A stretch of 64,000 nucleotides of DNA from Anthoceros angustus (Eukaryota; Plantae; Anthocerotophyta), in the NCBI GenBank assembly GCA_010909165.1, contig MU008156.1, positions 1 through 64,000 of the forward strand, read 5' to 3'. Below are positions 24,370-35,299 of this stretch, piece after piece (position 1 is the stretch's first letter; each line of letters starts with the position of its first letter). Both the position numbers and the translations under genes were made by a program. The notes under the pieces are model-generated. The model was not told the origin of the DNA. It ran no database searches and worked only from the letters and a program-made list of their open reading frames with translations.

Positions 24370-25230
24370 TCATGTCGAGCTTTGCCCGATCCTTTGCACG
24401 AATGATTCGACACACGGTGTGTAAGTACCACGCACCAAATCCCATGGCTCGTTCTCGCTCCGTTATTGTCGGCTCCCCACTTCATTCCCTTTGTGTCGAA
24501 CCATGCCTTCTCCCCTTTCCTGACATATGATTGCGCGGGTCTTGTGAGTGTGGGCCACGCTCTCCTTGGCTTTCCCACCACGTTCTTGGATAGTGGGGTA
24601 GTTTATCTTCCTTACGTCTTTGGTTGTGACCGTCGTTTTGGGTCCAAGATGTCATCCACAGCGTTCTTGGTACCATTAGCCGGTGATGCCTTAGGGTTGT
24701 CACATCGCCACATTGGTCGAAGCTCCGTGCCGATGTGCATATGAGCCGATGCGGCATCCATAAACTCTTCCCTAGCCAACCAAGGTTGCTCATATTGTTC
24801 CCGAACACTCTCACGCTATCGAGGCACCACACACATTTTCGAGTAGATACCAGCAGGATGGGTTGGCCGCCTGCACATCCCGCAAGATCCGGATGACCTC
24901 CACGGCTAGTTCCATGCCTTTGCCTGAGCCACGGCCAGCTCTGGAAAAAGTTTTACACTCCCATCCCGCAATTAACATGTCCACTTTGCAGCCAATGGCT
25001 TCAATTTGACGTCTTCCTACCAACAAGATATCTGCAGGCAACCTGCTTTGGCATCCTTTGATTGCCTCTCTGCTCATCAACGCGGGGTACTCCATTCGCA
25101 GCCGAATGATCCTGGCCGCCGCACGCGCCCTTCGTCCGGCTCGACATGTGTATTCTTTGCGAATGCCACTCCTCAATCGCCTCCAACCCGGCTGCGATCC
25201 GAACAAAGCTCCATCGGATGGATGCCCGTC
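24370..25230 (-). pseudogene. C5 cytosine DNA methyltransferase domain inside pol (frameshifted)
   Basis: Motif I-like MEL(F/C)-G-IAAGLEA (~25215); motif IV VDMLIAGWECKTFSRAG (24955-24969); motif VI WYLLENV (24832-24840); motif VIII GSYAHR...TNV (24730-24747); motif IX PTITERERAMGF (24440-24460); motif X-like IGQS (24379-24390). Confidence 0.88.
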
Positions 25231-28200
25231 CTTCCGCTTTCCTTTGAATCACCTTATTGTTGATCCGCCTTCGGTAGGATTCAAAGGCATCTTGATGAAA
25301 TTTGTTCTCTGAACCTTGTAGCGGGTTAAAGGCGCTCTGAGCGATCCACGGTCGGAGGTGTTCTCGTGTCGGCCTGCACCAATTGCCGAGTGTTCACGAC
25401 ACAAACAAGCAACCTTTTCGTAATCATCCGAAGTCTCTTCCCTCATCAATTCTTCGGATTTCCTCCCATATTTCAGCATGAGCGCTTCCTCCACGCAGTA
25501 GCCGTAATGGGCTGCCGGTTTTCCCAGTTCTCCTCATCTTGGCGGAATTACGGCTGTATGCGAAAAGTCCCGTCCATCGGCTGTAGAATGCCAGAGGTGT
25601 AATGGGTCTACTCCCATTGCGGTCCATGTGTGGCGTCGGTGTGACATCATAATTCCTTGCGTTAGATACCAAACAATGCACTTCAATAGCGCATCCTCGG
25701 TGCAGGGCTTGAGCTCTATCTGAATCGGATCGTGTGATTCCCATCACTTGCTCCTTGGTACCCGCGACGTGGTGATGCGCACCTCACATGGCCTTAGTTT
25801 GTCCGTCTGGGGTGCCTTACGCACAGAGTAACTTTCTTGGATCGCGCTGTATCCACCAACACACATTAGGGAAACCATTCACGGTTACTTCTCGACCCCG
25901 ATTGTCCACCATGGCGACTCCTCCTTTTCCTCGAGCCGCCGGTTTCAAGTGTTCTCCGCATAGGCTAGTGAACCCAGACATTACCTCAGCCTCAGTGGCT
26001 GCAGCTCTCATCCATGTCTGCATTGCCTTCTTGAATGGTTGCATTTTTACTCCAAGGTCGCGCAAGCTGACCATGGGGACATCCATGGCCTTCTCCAGTA
26101 GGAGCTCCACATTAGGCGGCGTCCCTTCGGGGTGTTCGTGGGCTCGGAATCCTCCAACTGCCTGAATGATTTGGGCATTTTGAGTTGATTTCTTGCCCCA
26201 ATTCTCTTTCCCTTGACAGCTTCCCCCATATCAGCATCGCCCTCCGCACCAGGGGCCACCCCCACGGTCATCAATGCATACATTTCTCGGTCCGACTCGT
26301 ATTCTTCCAAGGCAACATCGGCGTCCATTGGTGTGCCTACACTCATTGCCAATTGTTCCTGCAATCGGTGTACCTCACTGAGGAGTGCCTTCCGTGTGTA
26401 ACCTCCGGTTTGTTTTGTTTTGTCACTTCCCCGATCTCCACCTCCTTGGAGTGCGAACTACGGGTGAGCACCTGACATGCGGCCTCAGTGTGCCCTGTCT
26501 TGGCGAGTCACGCACACCTCCTTTTCCTTGGCCCACCAATTCGATACTGCACTCAAAGGCTTTGTGTGAGCCCACCATGGAGCATTTTGATTACTGCCTT
26601 GGCGGTGCTATTGGTGGGCGCTCCTTGGCGGTGAATGCCTTCGGCCATTGTGTGCACGATCGCGAGGCTCCTTCCTTGTATTCTTTGGGGTGCGTGGCAT
26701 GCTGGTGTCCTTGGCCAGATTGTGTTCTTGTCGCCTTGGTCACTGACATCTCCTCTCATGACCCTTTGCCATTTCATAGCTTTGCTCCAACTCATAGTCT
26801 GCGCCATGTAGCATGTGGAGAAAGTTGGCAATTACCCTTCTCTGCCTTCCTGGGAGAGCGGCTATATAGATTTGTGCGGCTTCCCACATGGTCTTTACTC
26901 ATGTGTCCTTCACCAGCTGTCTTAATCTTAGATATGCTGATCTGAGGGGCTCACCGGGCTTAATGGTGAATCTGGACAACTCCTGGATCTTCTCGATGGA
27001 GGACACCGGGAACATTTCCATGAACTTGTTGAACATTTCATCCACGAGAATGTGATGGCGGCTTGCGTCGTCTTTGACGATGTTCCCTCTTCGTCTCCCT
27101 TCAAAGCCCTTTTGGCTCTGCTGCGCCAGGATCGGGCATCTTGCAAAAATCTGCTCCTTGGAGTCGCGGTAACACGTAGAGCCTCTCCGGCCAAACGTGC
27201 TCATTTTCCTCGGGGCCATCTCGGGGTGAACTCAGGTTGTATTTGAGCACCATCTCATCAATCGCCCATCGAATTTCTCTTGAAGTCGACAGCGACATGC
27301 TCTGTCGACCCGTGGCGTCATTCTTACTCGGTGCTGGCTCATACTCCATCGACCTGCGCGCTTTCTTCAAATGCTATAGTGCGGATTGGGCTACGGTTCC
27401 ACTCAAGCGTGGCGCCTGCGCACAAAGGGTGTTGAATGGTGGGGCTGCGAGCTTCGACGGAGTACTCGTTAAGTCCGGCTGGCGTAAGAGCACCATTACC
27501 GTGTCAATCCGCCCCTGCGTGACACTATGCGGCGTGCGTCAAAGTTAGTGTCGTCCCTTCTAGTCGATCAGCTTGCCAACTTGTCAATCACCTCCTCCTG
27601 ACCGCCGCGGGTGGCGGGCTCTATCTCGCCAAGGCGGCTAACTCAGCAATGGAACGACCAGCATAAAACAGCAAGCAAAAATCCACAATGTTCTCTTCAC
27701 AGTCCACCATCTACTTAGCTGGATTGGCATCCGTGGGCCCCCTTTGGCTACGTCTTTCGTTACTGCGGTCGCGGGCCTTTCGTTAGCGGTTGCAATGTCA
27801 AGCTCCAGAGAGAGGGATTGCTGATGTGCAAAAACCTCGTTGATGTCCTTCTCAGGCACATTAAATCAAGCGTGGCGGACAAGCTTATTTGGCGCTCTTG
27901 CAAGCACTCCATGACACCCTTCTCATTCGAGCCTCACACCACGCCTACGGCTGTATGGGCTGTCTATGCGAACATGACAATCAGCTTGTTCTCACGGATT
28001 GCTGCCTTTTGACCTCCTTCCGCTCGCGTGGCCATTAATGGTGACTTGCTTGAGAGGCGCGGTGCCGTCCGTAATCCGGCGGGCTCGTGATTCTTGGTGA
28101 TTACGGCTCGGCGCTTCATGCTTGGGCGTCACGCTCCGTTCATAGCGGAGATGGGTTTATGTGTTCCCATCATCCATGCCCATGCATATGAGCATATGTC

Positions 28201-31200
28201 ATCAATGCCTATGAACATACGCTCATGACCAGACACTGCCAACATCCCATCCATCATCACATCTGTCAACATCCTATGTGCCATGACAGAGACCTGCAGT
28301 GATCAGAAACAAAAGATGAATCAAAAACAAAAGAAACAAGACTGTTTGTGGACAAACGTTCAGAACTTGGTCGTCACCTTCCCAACCTTCTCATAAGAAG
28401 CTTTTCAAATCCTTCTCACCTGTCGCGGCTAGGACTCTTCCGCTAAAAGGACCTTCAGCTAAAAGACTTGGGCAGTGAAGGCGTGGTGGGCAGGTGGATC
28501 TCTGATCGTGAAGACAGCGCCACTCAGGATGCAAGAACCCTCCTAGAGACGCCAAGATGACAATGCATTGTAAGTTCTTTGGCGGGCGTGGCTGAAACTT
28601 CATGACGCGGACCCTACGCGGACGCGAGGCCGTCGCAATCGCGAGCATGGACCTGCTGAGCTGCTGGAGTGATGGCGTGTGTGGCGGCTACTAGGGTGCA
28701 GCTGTTTATGTACTGAGGTGTTAGGGTTCTAGATGGTTCGTCACGGTGTGTGCGTGGCGGTGTGATTCGTGGCGGTTTTGGTTCGCCCGCTTTGGGGTTT
28801 GGAGATTAGGTTTGGTGGAGGCAGTCTAGGTTTGGTGAAGGTCGGCTAGGTTTGGAACAAGAAACCTAGGTTTGGGTGAGGGGGCGGCGGCGGCTAACCA
28901 ATCGCGAACCTAGATATGTTTGGACCACGGCTCGGGATTTTAGGTTCGGGATATTCAAATGTGGTTCGGTAGAGAGAGAATGTAGGCGCCGACAGAGCGA
29001 GAACGGCTAGGGTTTGCTGGCCTACATAAGCAGCTTGTCTTGAAGCAGGTCATTCTTCTTGTTGTGTTTTCGTAGGCTGTAGTTGCGCTCTTGCTCCGGA
29101 GGGAGAGGGTGTGTGTGCATGTTGGCTTTTCGAAGTTTAAGGTGCTACGCTCCTGCTCCGAAGGCCAAGTTTTGATCATTTCGTGACCAAGGTCTGCTGG
29201 GCTTTCTGCTCTATAAGTAGGTCTTCTTACGTTCAGGGCTTTTATGCCGTGTTCGAATGGCATGGCCTCGTCTTTGTTGAGTCAAGGTTCTTTTTGCTTT
29301 AGGTTAAGACCTCCTCTGTACCATTTTTAGTCGTAGGTCTATTTCTACTGTTTGATGGCCACCCTTTGTTATTTTGTTTTCTTCGTTACGAATGCTCCGA
29401 CGATCCGGCCAAGGGTGTGTGGTCAAAGCCATGGTGTTGTTGTTTCAAACGTGGGGTAGTCCGAACGTCGACGTGGTGTTCGGCACCGAAGGCCAAGGTC
29501 GAAATTAGATCGAAGGTTGTTTTTGCTTTGTGCAGGCTCGGGCTTGGTCTTAGCGCGTTCCACTGTCCTACTATAGTTTTACGTCTAGTTCCTTTGTCTC
29601 TAGTTTTCCGTCCTTCTACAGTCTAGTCATTAGTAGCTGATCATTCTGTTTTGCAGCACGTGTGTCTTTTGCATTAGGTCCCATGGTCTGTTTGACCTGC
29701 TTTCCTTACAGATCTCTTTCGTTCTGGTTTTTGGCTAACAACTTGTTAAGTTTTGTACTGCTGTAGCGTTATCTTCTCTGGTACGTAGCCAATATACGTG
29801 GCGTCATTTAACATTGTTGTTGTTTCTCATCGTTGTGTTTACTTGGCGCATTGTTCACGTGTGTTGTTGTTTCGCTGTGGTTGTCTTATCCCGGTGTTGT
29901 CGTTACTTGCTAGATAGATAATTTGCTGTTGTTCATTGCAACTTGTCATGGCGTAGGCGTCTAAGAAAAGTATGTCGAACTCTTTCAATAGCATAACTTA
30001 GTCCGTCATCTGATTGCTTCTAAGCCATGCTTTGTGTACTGTGGTTGTATACCCGTGTTTCTTAACACGTAACTGTTCGTTACTGTTCGTAAAAAACGGT
30101 GTTGTGTCCTTTGTTTTGCTCTATTCGTACCTGGAATAATATGCTGTTTGTTAATGCTCTTAGTTTGATAATTTTGTTTGTTTATGTGTTTGTGCTTCGA
30201 CCTGTTATGTCTGACCGTTGCGGTTGTCTTACTGCTGCGGATACAGCTTTGTTTTAAGACTTAATCTGTTTGTTACGTTCTTAACTCACGATGTTGTTGC
30301 GGTCTCTGAAGGGATATCAGCCGCTGGAAGTGTTGGACAAAACATCTGCGTGTCGGGTGCAACTGTCACGTACATGGATATCGGTTTGGTGCAATCATCA
30401 TTCTGTAAGATGGTTTTGTTATTGTAGTAAGTGTTTATGTCAGCCTTATGTACTGATGTCAGGTTTTTTGTTTTCAGGCCTCAGGGTTATGTCAAGTGCC
30501 TCCTTTTAAAAGGTTTACTTCAGTTCGGTTGTTGTTCAGTTTCAGTTCTAGTAGTTGTTTCAGTATAAGAGTGTAGTGTTTCCATTTCAGTGTTTTCATG
30601 TTTAAGTTTCTAATTAATGTTCATCTGGTTTCTACAGACAGTAGTGTGAGTGGTTTTCGTATTCTTTCGAGACCACATGCTGGTGAACGTGACATGCTTT
30701 TGACCGACATGTCTAGTCCGTTTCAAGTGTAAGTTGTGTTGGACTCTGTCTGACATTTGTTTTTCTTTGTGTTATCGTTTTGTTGTCATCAGGCTATATA
30801 TGTTAGGCATTGTTTCAAACAGCTATCTCACCTTATTCCCCTGGTTCAGATTTGTTAAGGCTGGTGTTAAGGCTGTCTATCAGTTTTCTTAAGGTGTGTT
30901 TTACTGTCAATAAGTAGGAAGTGTATTTCTTGTTGCTTTGCTGATTGTTAAATGTGGAGGCAGGGTATGTCTTTTGTTTATCGTTTAAAGCATGAAGTGT
31001 GTTTTTTATGGTTTGCTGACTTATATCTTTGCAGGCCCACTGTTGTGTTTCTCAAATTTGCAACCCCAAGGTATTCTTATGTCAGTTGTTACCCGCATTG
31101 ACCTAGCTAAAGTGTGCTTTAGTGCAATATCTGCTTGTTTCAGTTTGATAAGTTGTTTCAGATCTCTGATACTATTCCTGTTTTTTGACGTAGGTGCTAA

Positions 31201-31799
31201 AAGGTCAAGTTTAAAAGGCCTAGATCAATTCATTTGGTCTGTCTGGGAAGAGGTTATTTGTCTGTTGAATGCTTGTTCTTTTATTCTTTCCAGTTCTCGT
31301 TCGTTGAAATAGGGGAGTGTACTGGGGTAGTGTACTTTTTCTCAAGCTGTCATTTCTTTCTCACTTGCCGGGGAGGCCTTCCTTTTTTTTTTCGGGAAGC
31401 TTGTGGTTTGTTAAGAATGGAAGTATCTGTTCTTTCTAACAGAAGCGGAGGATGTAAAAATGAAATAATGCATAGGGTCAAGGAGTGTTTTTTGTCACAT
31501 CCCCCATAGCCCTTTGCTTTTCTTCGATTGATTTATAATCAACTGTTAGACCTTCCAGCAGGTTGTCATTTGGAAGTGTCAAACATCATGTGAGTATTAA
31601 GTGTCTGTGGCTCATTGATCTTCCATGTTGATCTTCCATGTTGTTGCTCTTTTCGGATCACTCTGATCTTTTGTGGTTTTGGATGGCTCTAAAAAAAACC
31701 ACGGGAACTGTTTGGGCGGGAAAAAACAAGGATCTACGGTGAAGTTATGGCCTAAGCCATATACAAGGCATGTCAAATCCAGCGGTTCCCCATCGCAAC

Positions 31800-33790
31800 T
31801 CATCCGCTGCGGGATGATGGTAAAGTTGATGGTGTCTTGGTGCCGATGAAGGAACATACTTAGTTCCCAAAAAGACTTCCAAACCGCCAAGGCAATTTTC
31901 ATCAAGAAGGGCCTCGGCGTGCGGTGAGTTTGTTCGGAAGAGGAGAAGGTGGACACTCGACACTGTGGCTTTGGTTGAAGGTCCTCTTGCGGAGATTACT
32001 AACTATGTCGATGTCGAGAGAGGGTCCGGTTTGTGGGGAGAATGATTTCTTGATAGATGATCCCATGGTTGTGAGTCTTGCCAAAGCATGTCTCGGTCTA
32101 GATTTGTGTCGTGTTGAGCAGGATGCTTTCGGTGATTTCCATACTGTGGTTCACGACAGGTCATTCACGATCAAAAGTGCTCGATATGTTTGAGAGGCTA
32201 AAGTGTGATGGTCCGAAGATGACTTTGCCATGGGTATGGAGGAAATTGATGATGAAGCAATTTGAGAGCAGGATTTGACCCAATAGTCCCGAGGGAGCTG
32301 TGAATGATGCTTTGAGTGGTGGGAGGATAGGTCCAAACGCGTAATAACCGTGTCAAGTCGCCTGTGGCCTTTATGAAAGTGAGTGGGGTCGATGGGATAT
32401 CATTGAGGATATCCTCACAAGGATCTAATCTTATTCGATATCCTTTTTCCATCAAGTTCGAATCAAGGACAATAGAGATTTTCTCCGTAAACGTAAGTAG
32501 TGATGTTTTTTACTTGTTGATTTTGATAGTTCGACTTTTTCACATGACCGATTTCGATCTTCTCTGTGCAGTTGATGTCTTTCTTTCGTGGTTTTAACAA
32601 TTTTAACAAGGAAGTGCATCTTGAACCAAAAGCCGCTTGGTTCTCGATGTTCCTGATCAACATGTTTCATGGAATTTTCCATGGGTCCTGTGCAGGTTGC
32701 CCATGAAAATCGAAGGACAACGGATTTTCTCCGAGAAGCGTAAGTAGTGATGTTTTACTTGTTGATTTTGATAGTTCGACTCTTTCACATGGTGATTCTT
32801 GATCTTCACTGCGGTGATGTCTTTCTTTCGTGGGTTTAACAATTTTAACAAGGAAGTGCATCTGAACCAAAAGCTTGGTTACGATGTTCGATGATCAACA
32901 TGTTTCATGGAATTTTCCATGGGTCCCGAGTATTGGTTGCATCCATGAAAATCGCAAGGACCTTGGGATTGTGTCATGTCGAAAAGAGGTGAAGTTGATT
33001 GGATGATGAGCGACGATTCTTTCACACAGATCATCAATGCTCATTTGGGCGGGGCTCAAAAAGGTAATATTGTTGGTTTTGGGGTGCACTTTGATTCATT
33101 TATGGTCTTAAACCGGAGGCCTTATGCCTATATTGTTTGCAGGTGTGCATATTTTTGCATGACCATGTTTGGAGTTCGAGGTGGTGAAGAGTTACATAAC
33201 CTGCTCATTAGGTACTTCTCATTTCAGATTCAAAGTGGACCTTTTGTTCAAGAGTTTTCTTTGTTTTAATCGCTTGTTTGATGTTTTGATGTATCAGATT
33301 GAGCTCCTTCATTTGCGTGTATGAAGAACGATTCAAAAATTACAAAGTGGACATGAAGAATTACCAGAGTGAGTATTTCCACAAAAGGTCAAGATTTACG
33401 AAAGGATGTTATCGAAACTTTTAAAGTCATATTGAACACTCTCCCAAGTGGTCCGCAAACGACAAAATTTGTCAATGTGGGTTTCTCTTCAATTCAACCA
33501 TTGATAACCCAAGATCAAATGTAAGTTTTGTTGTTATTGGGCTTAAGTTTTGTGGTTTGTATTTACTAACTGCTTGTTTTTGGCTAGGCTTGGTATGCAA
33601 AACTTCGTGTTTCAAAAAGGAATGTTGTCAAGGTTCATGAAGACTATGGTCAAGTACCGGGCTGCTGGCTATTACACCAATAAGAGCGTAACGATGATTA
33701 CACGTTTGACGATGGCTCAGGTGCCTTCTGATGCTGGGAGAAGTGTGACTGGCCATAAAACGGATGCTGGATTCTCAAGGTAATATGTGG
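31800..33790 (+). mobile_element. Crypton-like tyrosine recombinase (DUF3504-like), intron-containing, degenerate
   Basis: Box I MFGVRGGEELHNL (33165-33200); YEER-KNYKVD; YTNKS (33670-33686); ITR...VTGHKTDAGFSR (33748-33780) followed by taa-tat where the catalytic Tyr is expected. GT-AG introns near 33250-33298 and 33521-33587. Confidence 0.72.
32460..32945. repeat. About 243-bp tandem duplication within the YR gene
   Basis: gattttctccg...gtaagtagtgatgtttt...catgtttcatggaattttccatgggtcc occurs twice (from ~32461 and ~32705). Confidence 0.85.
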
Positions 33791-35299
33791 TGAAAGCTTG
33801 TGACATTTAAAGCCTTTGTATGTTCTTTGTTTGACGTTTCACTCGACAGCATATGTGAGCGCAAGTCCTGGTCCGGCAAGCAAAACAGGCATGTACTGCG
33901 AAGAAGAGTTCTTGTTCCCTCAGGTGAACTACGCATCCTATCAGCTTTTGAACGATCACGATAAAGTTGCAAGGGGGTGAATATACAGGAAGGGGGTTTT
34001 CTGTACAATATACACCAAAGGGGGTTTCCAATGGGTTTCGGGATCCACTAAATCGCATAATCGAAAGTAGGTGCACCCGAGCCAAGCATCGGTTTCATGG
34101 ACCCGCTGGTGTGTGCATGGTATTAGGAAAGGCGACACTGGAAGTGTCAAATAGAGCCCATTAACTTCCCTCCAGCCGGTCAATCGAACAAAGAGTTGGT
34201 CATTCTAGAATTTGACACCATGGTGGGCCTCAAACCCTATGCATCATGTCCTGCACTGTGAAACTTGAGAGGGTATGAAATGACACGGAAAGGGTGGTAG
34301 AAATCATCCCTATATATGCAACTTTCACATTTTATGGGCCATTCTGTCGTAGCCGTACGACATCCAAAGTGACGTTGTACCCACCCCGGCTTGGATTGAT
34401 AGTCGCAACTGCTGGCATTAAGGCTGGGATTCGGCGCCGCTTTGCCGCTTGTCAAACTTCCAACCGTGGTTTCAATCATGAAACACAATTATCGAAGCCT
34501 TTTGTTTAGTGTTGTTGCGACATGATGATCTACCAGTGTGGTGTACCATATGAAAACGAAAAGACAAGAAAGGAGTACCGCCCATCACCGATGTGTATGT
34601 GTTTTATTATTCCCCTTCTAGAACAACCATAAACAAAGACAATGTCTCAAGTCATGTTCGCCTCTAGGGTTCTTCCAAGATACGCTCCAACATCATCCAT
34701 GTTGTCAATATCCGCCTCCTCCTCATCGCTATTGTCCGACACATCTTCACCGGGCGGTTCAACTGCCAGATATCTCGCTTAGCTTCTCCTTTATAGCCCT
34801 TTTGTCGTTGGCGATAAATGCTTCCGTAGTAAGGTTGAAACCATAGTACAATATCGTATCATTGATGTAAATCTCTTGTATGTTTTGGGGAACACTCTTT
34901 GACCCTTGCCTTGATGACTTCTCCCGATGCTTGGGCCCTTGTCCATGGACGATGTACTCCTCAACATATCGCCTTCGAAAGCGTGTTCCGTCCCTGCAAA
35001 GGGACCATTAGACTGGACGGAAAGCATCATGTTTCACTTCCACCACTCTTCCGATCCAAAAGGTCTCAGCGTATCAGCATGGAATTGCGATGAACATTCC
35101 ATTTCCAATCTCACCACATCGCCACCGCTCCATTTCTCGCCGAGCCACTTGGTAAGCCCCCACATATCATCACGCCGTGAAGCTCCTCAATAATGCTTCG
35201 TAAGGCTTTCATTTGTGTAAAGCGCAGATCTGTATCTTCAACGTCCGACCTAGAAAACCATTTCCGTGGCTTTTGAGCGCCAGCCAATGTTGTTCTCCA

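Larger units (their letters stand above)
19674..28288 (-). mobile_element. Ty3/Gypsy-type retroelement with order gag-PR-DNMT-RT-RH-IN-PHD-extra ORF
   Basis: gag with CCHC-like knuckle (KTGHTEAAC, ~26480-26520); protease VLVDT(A/G) near 25860; RT with CYIDD; RNase H; DDE integrase. Ends are imperfect inverted repeats (g/t)gtcatggcac...gtgccatgaca. Confidence 0.9.

Noticed and set aside
19674-28288. Classifying the element as DIRS/Ngaro because of its split repeats
   Set aside because: It has a DDE integrase and Gypsy-type RT, and no tyrosine recombinase was seen inside it.
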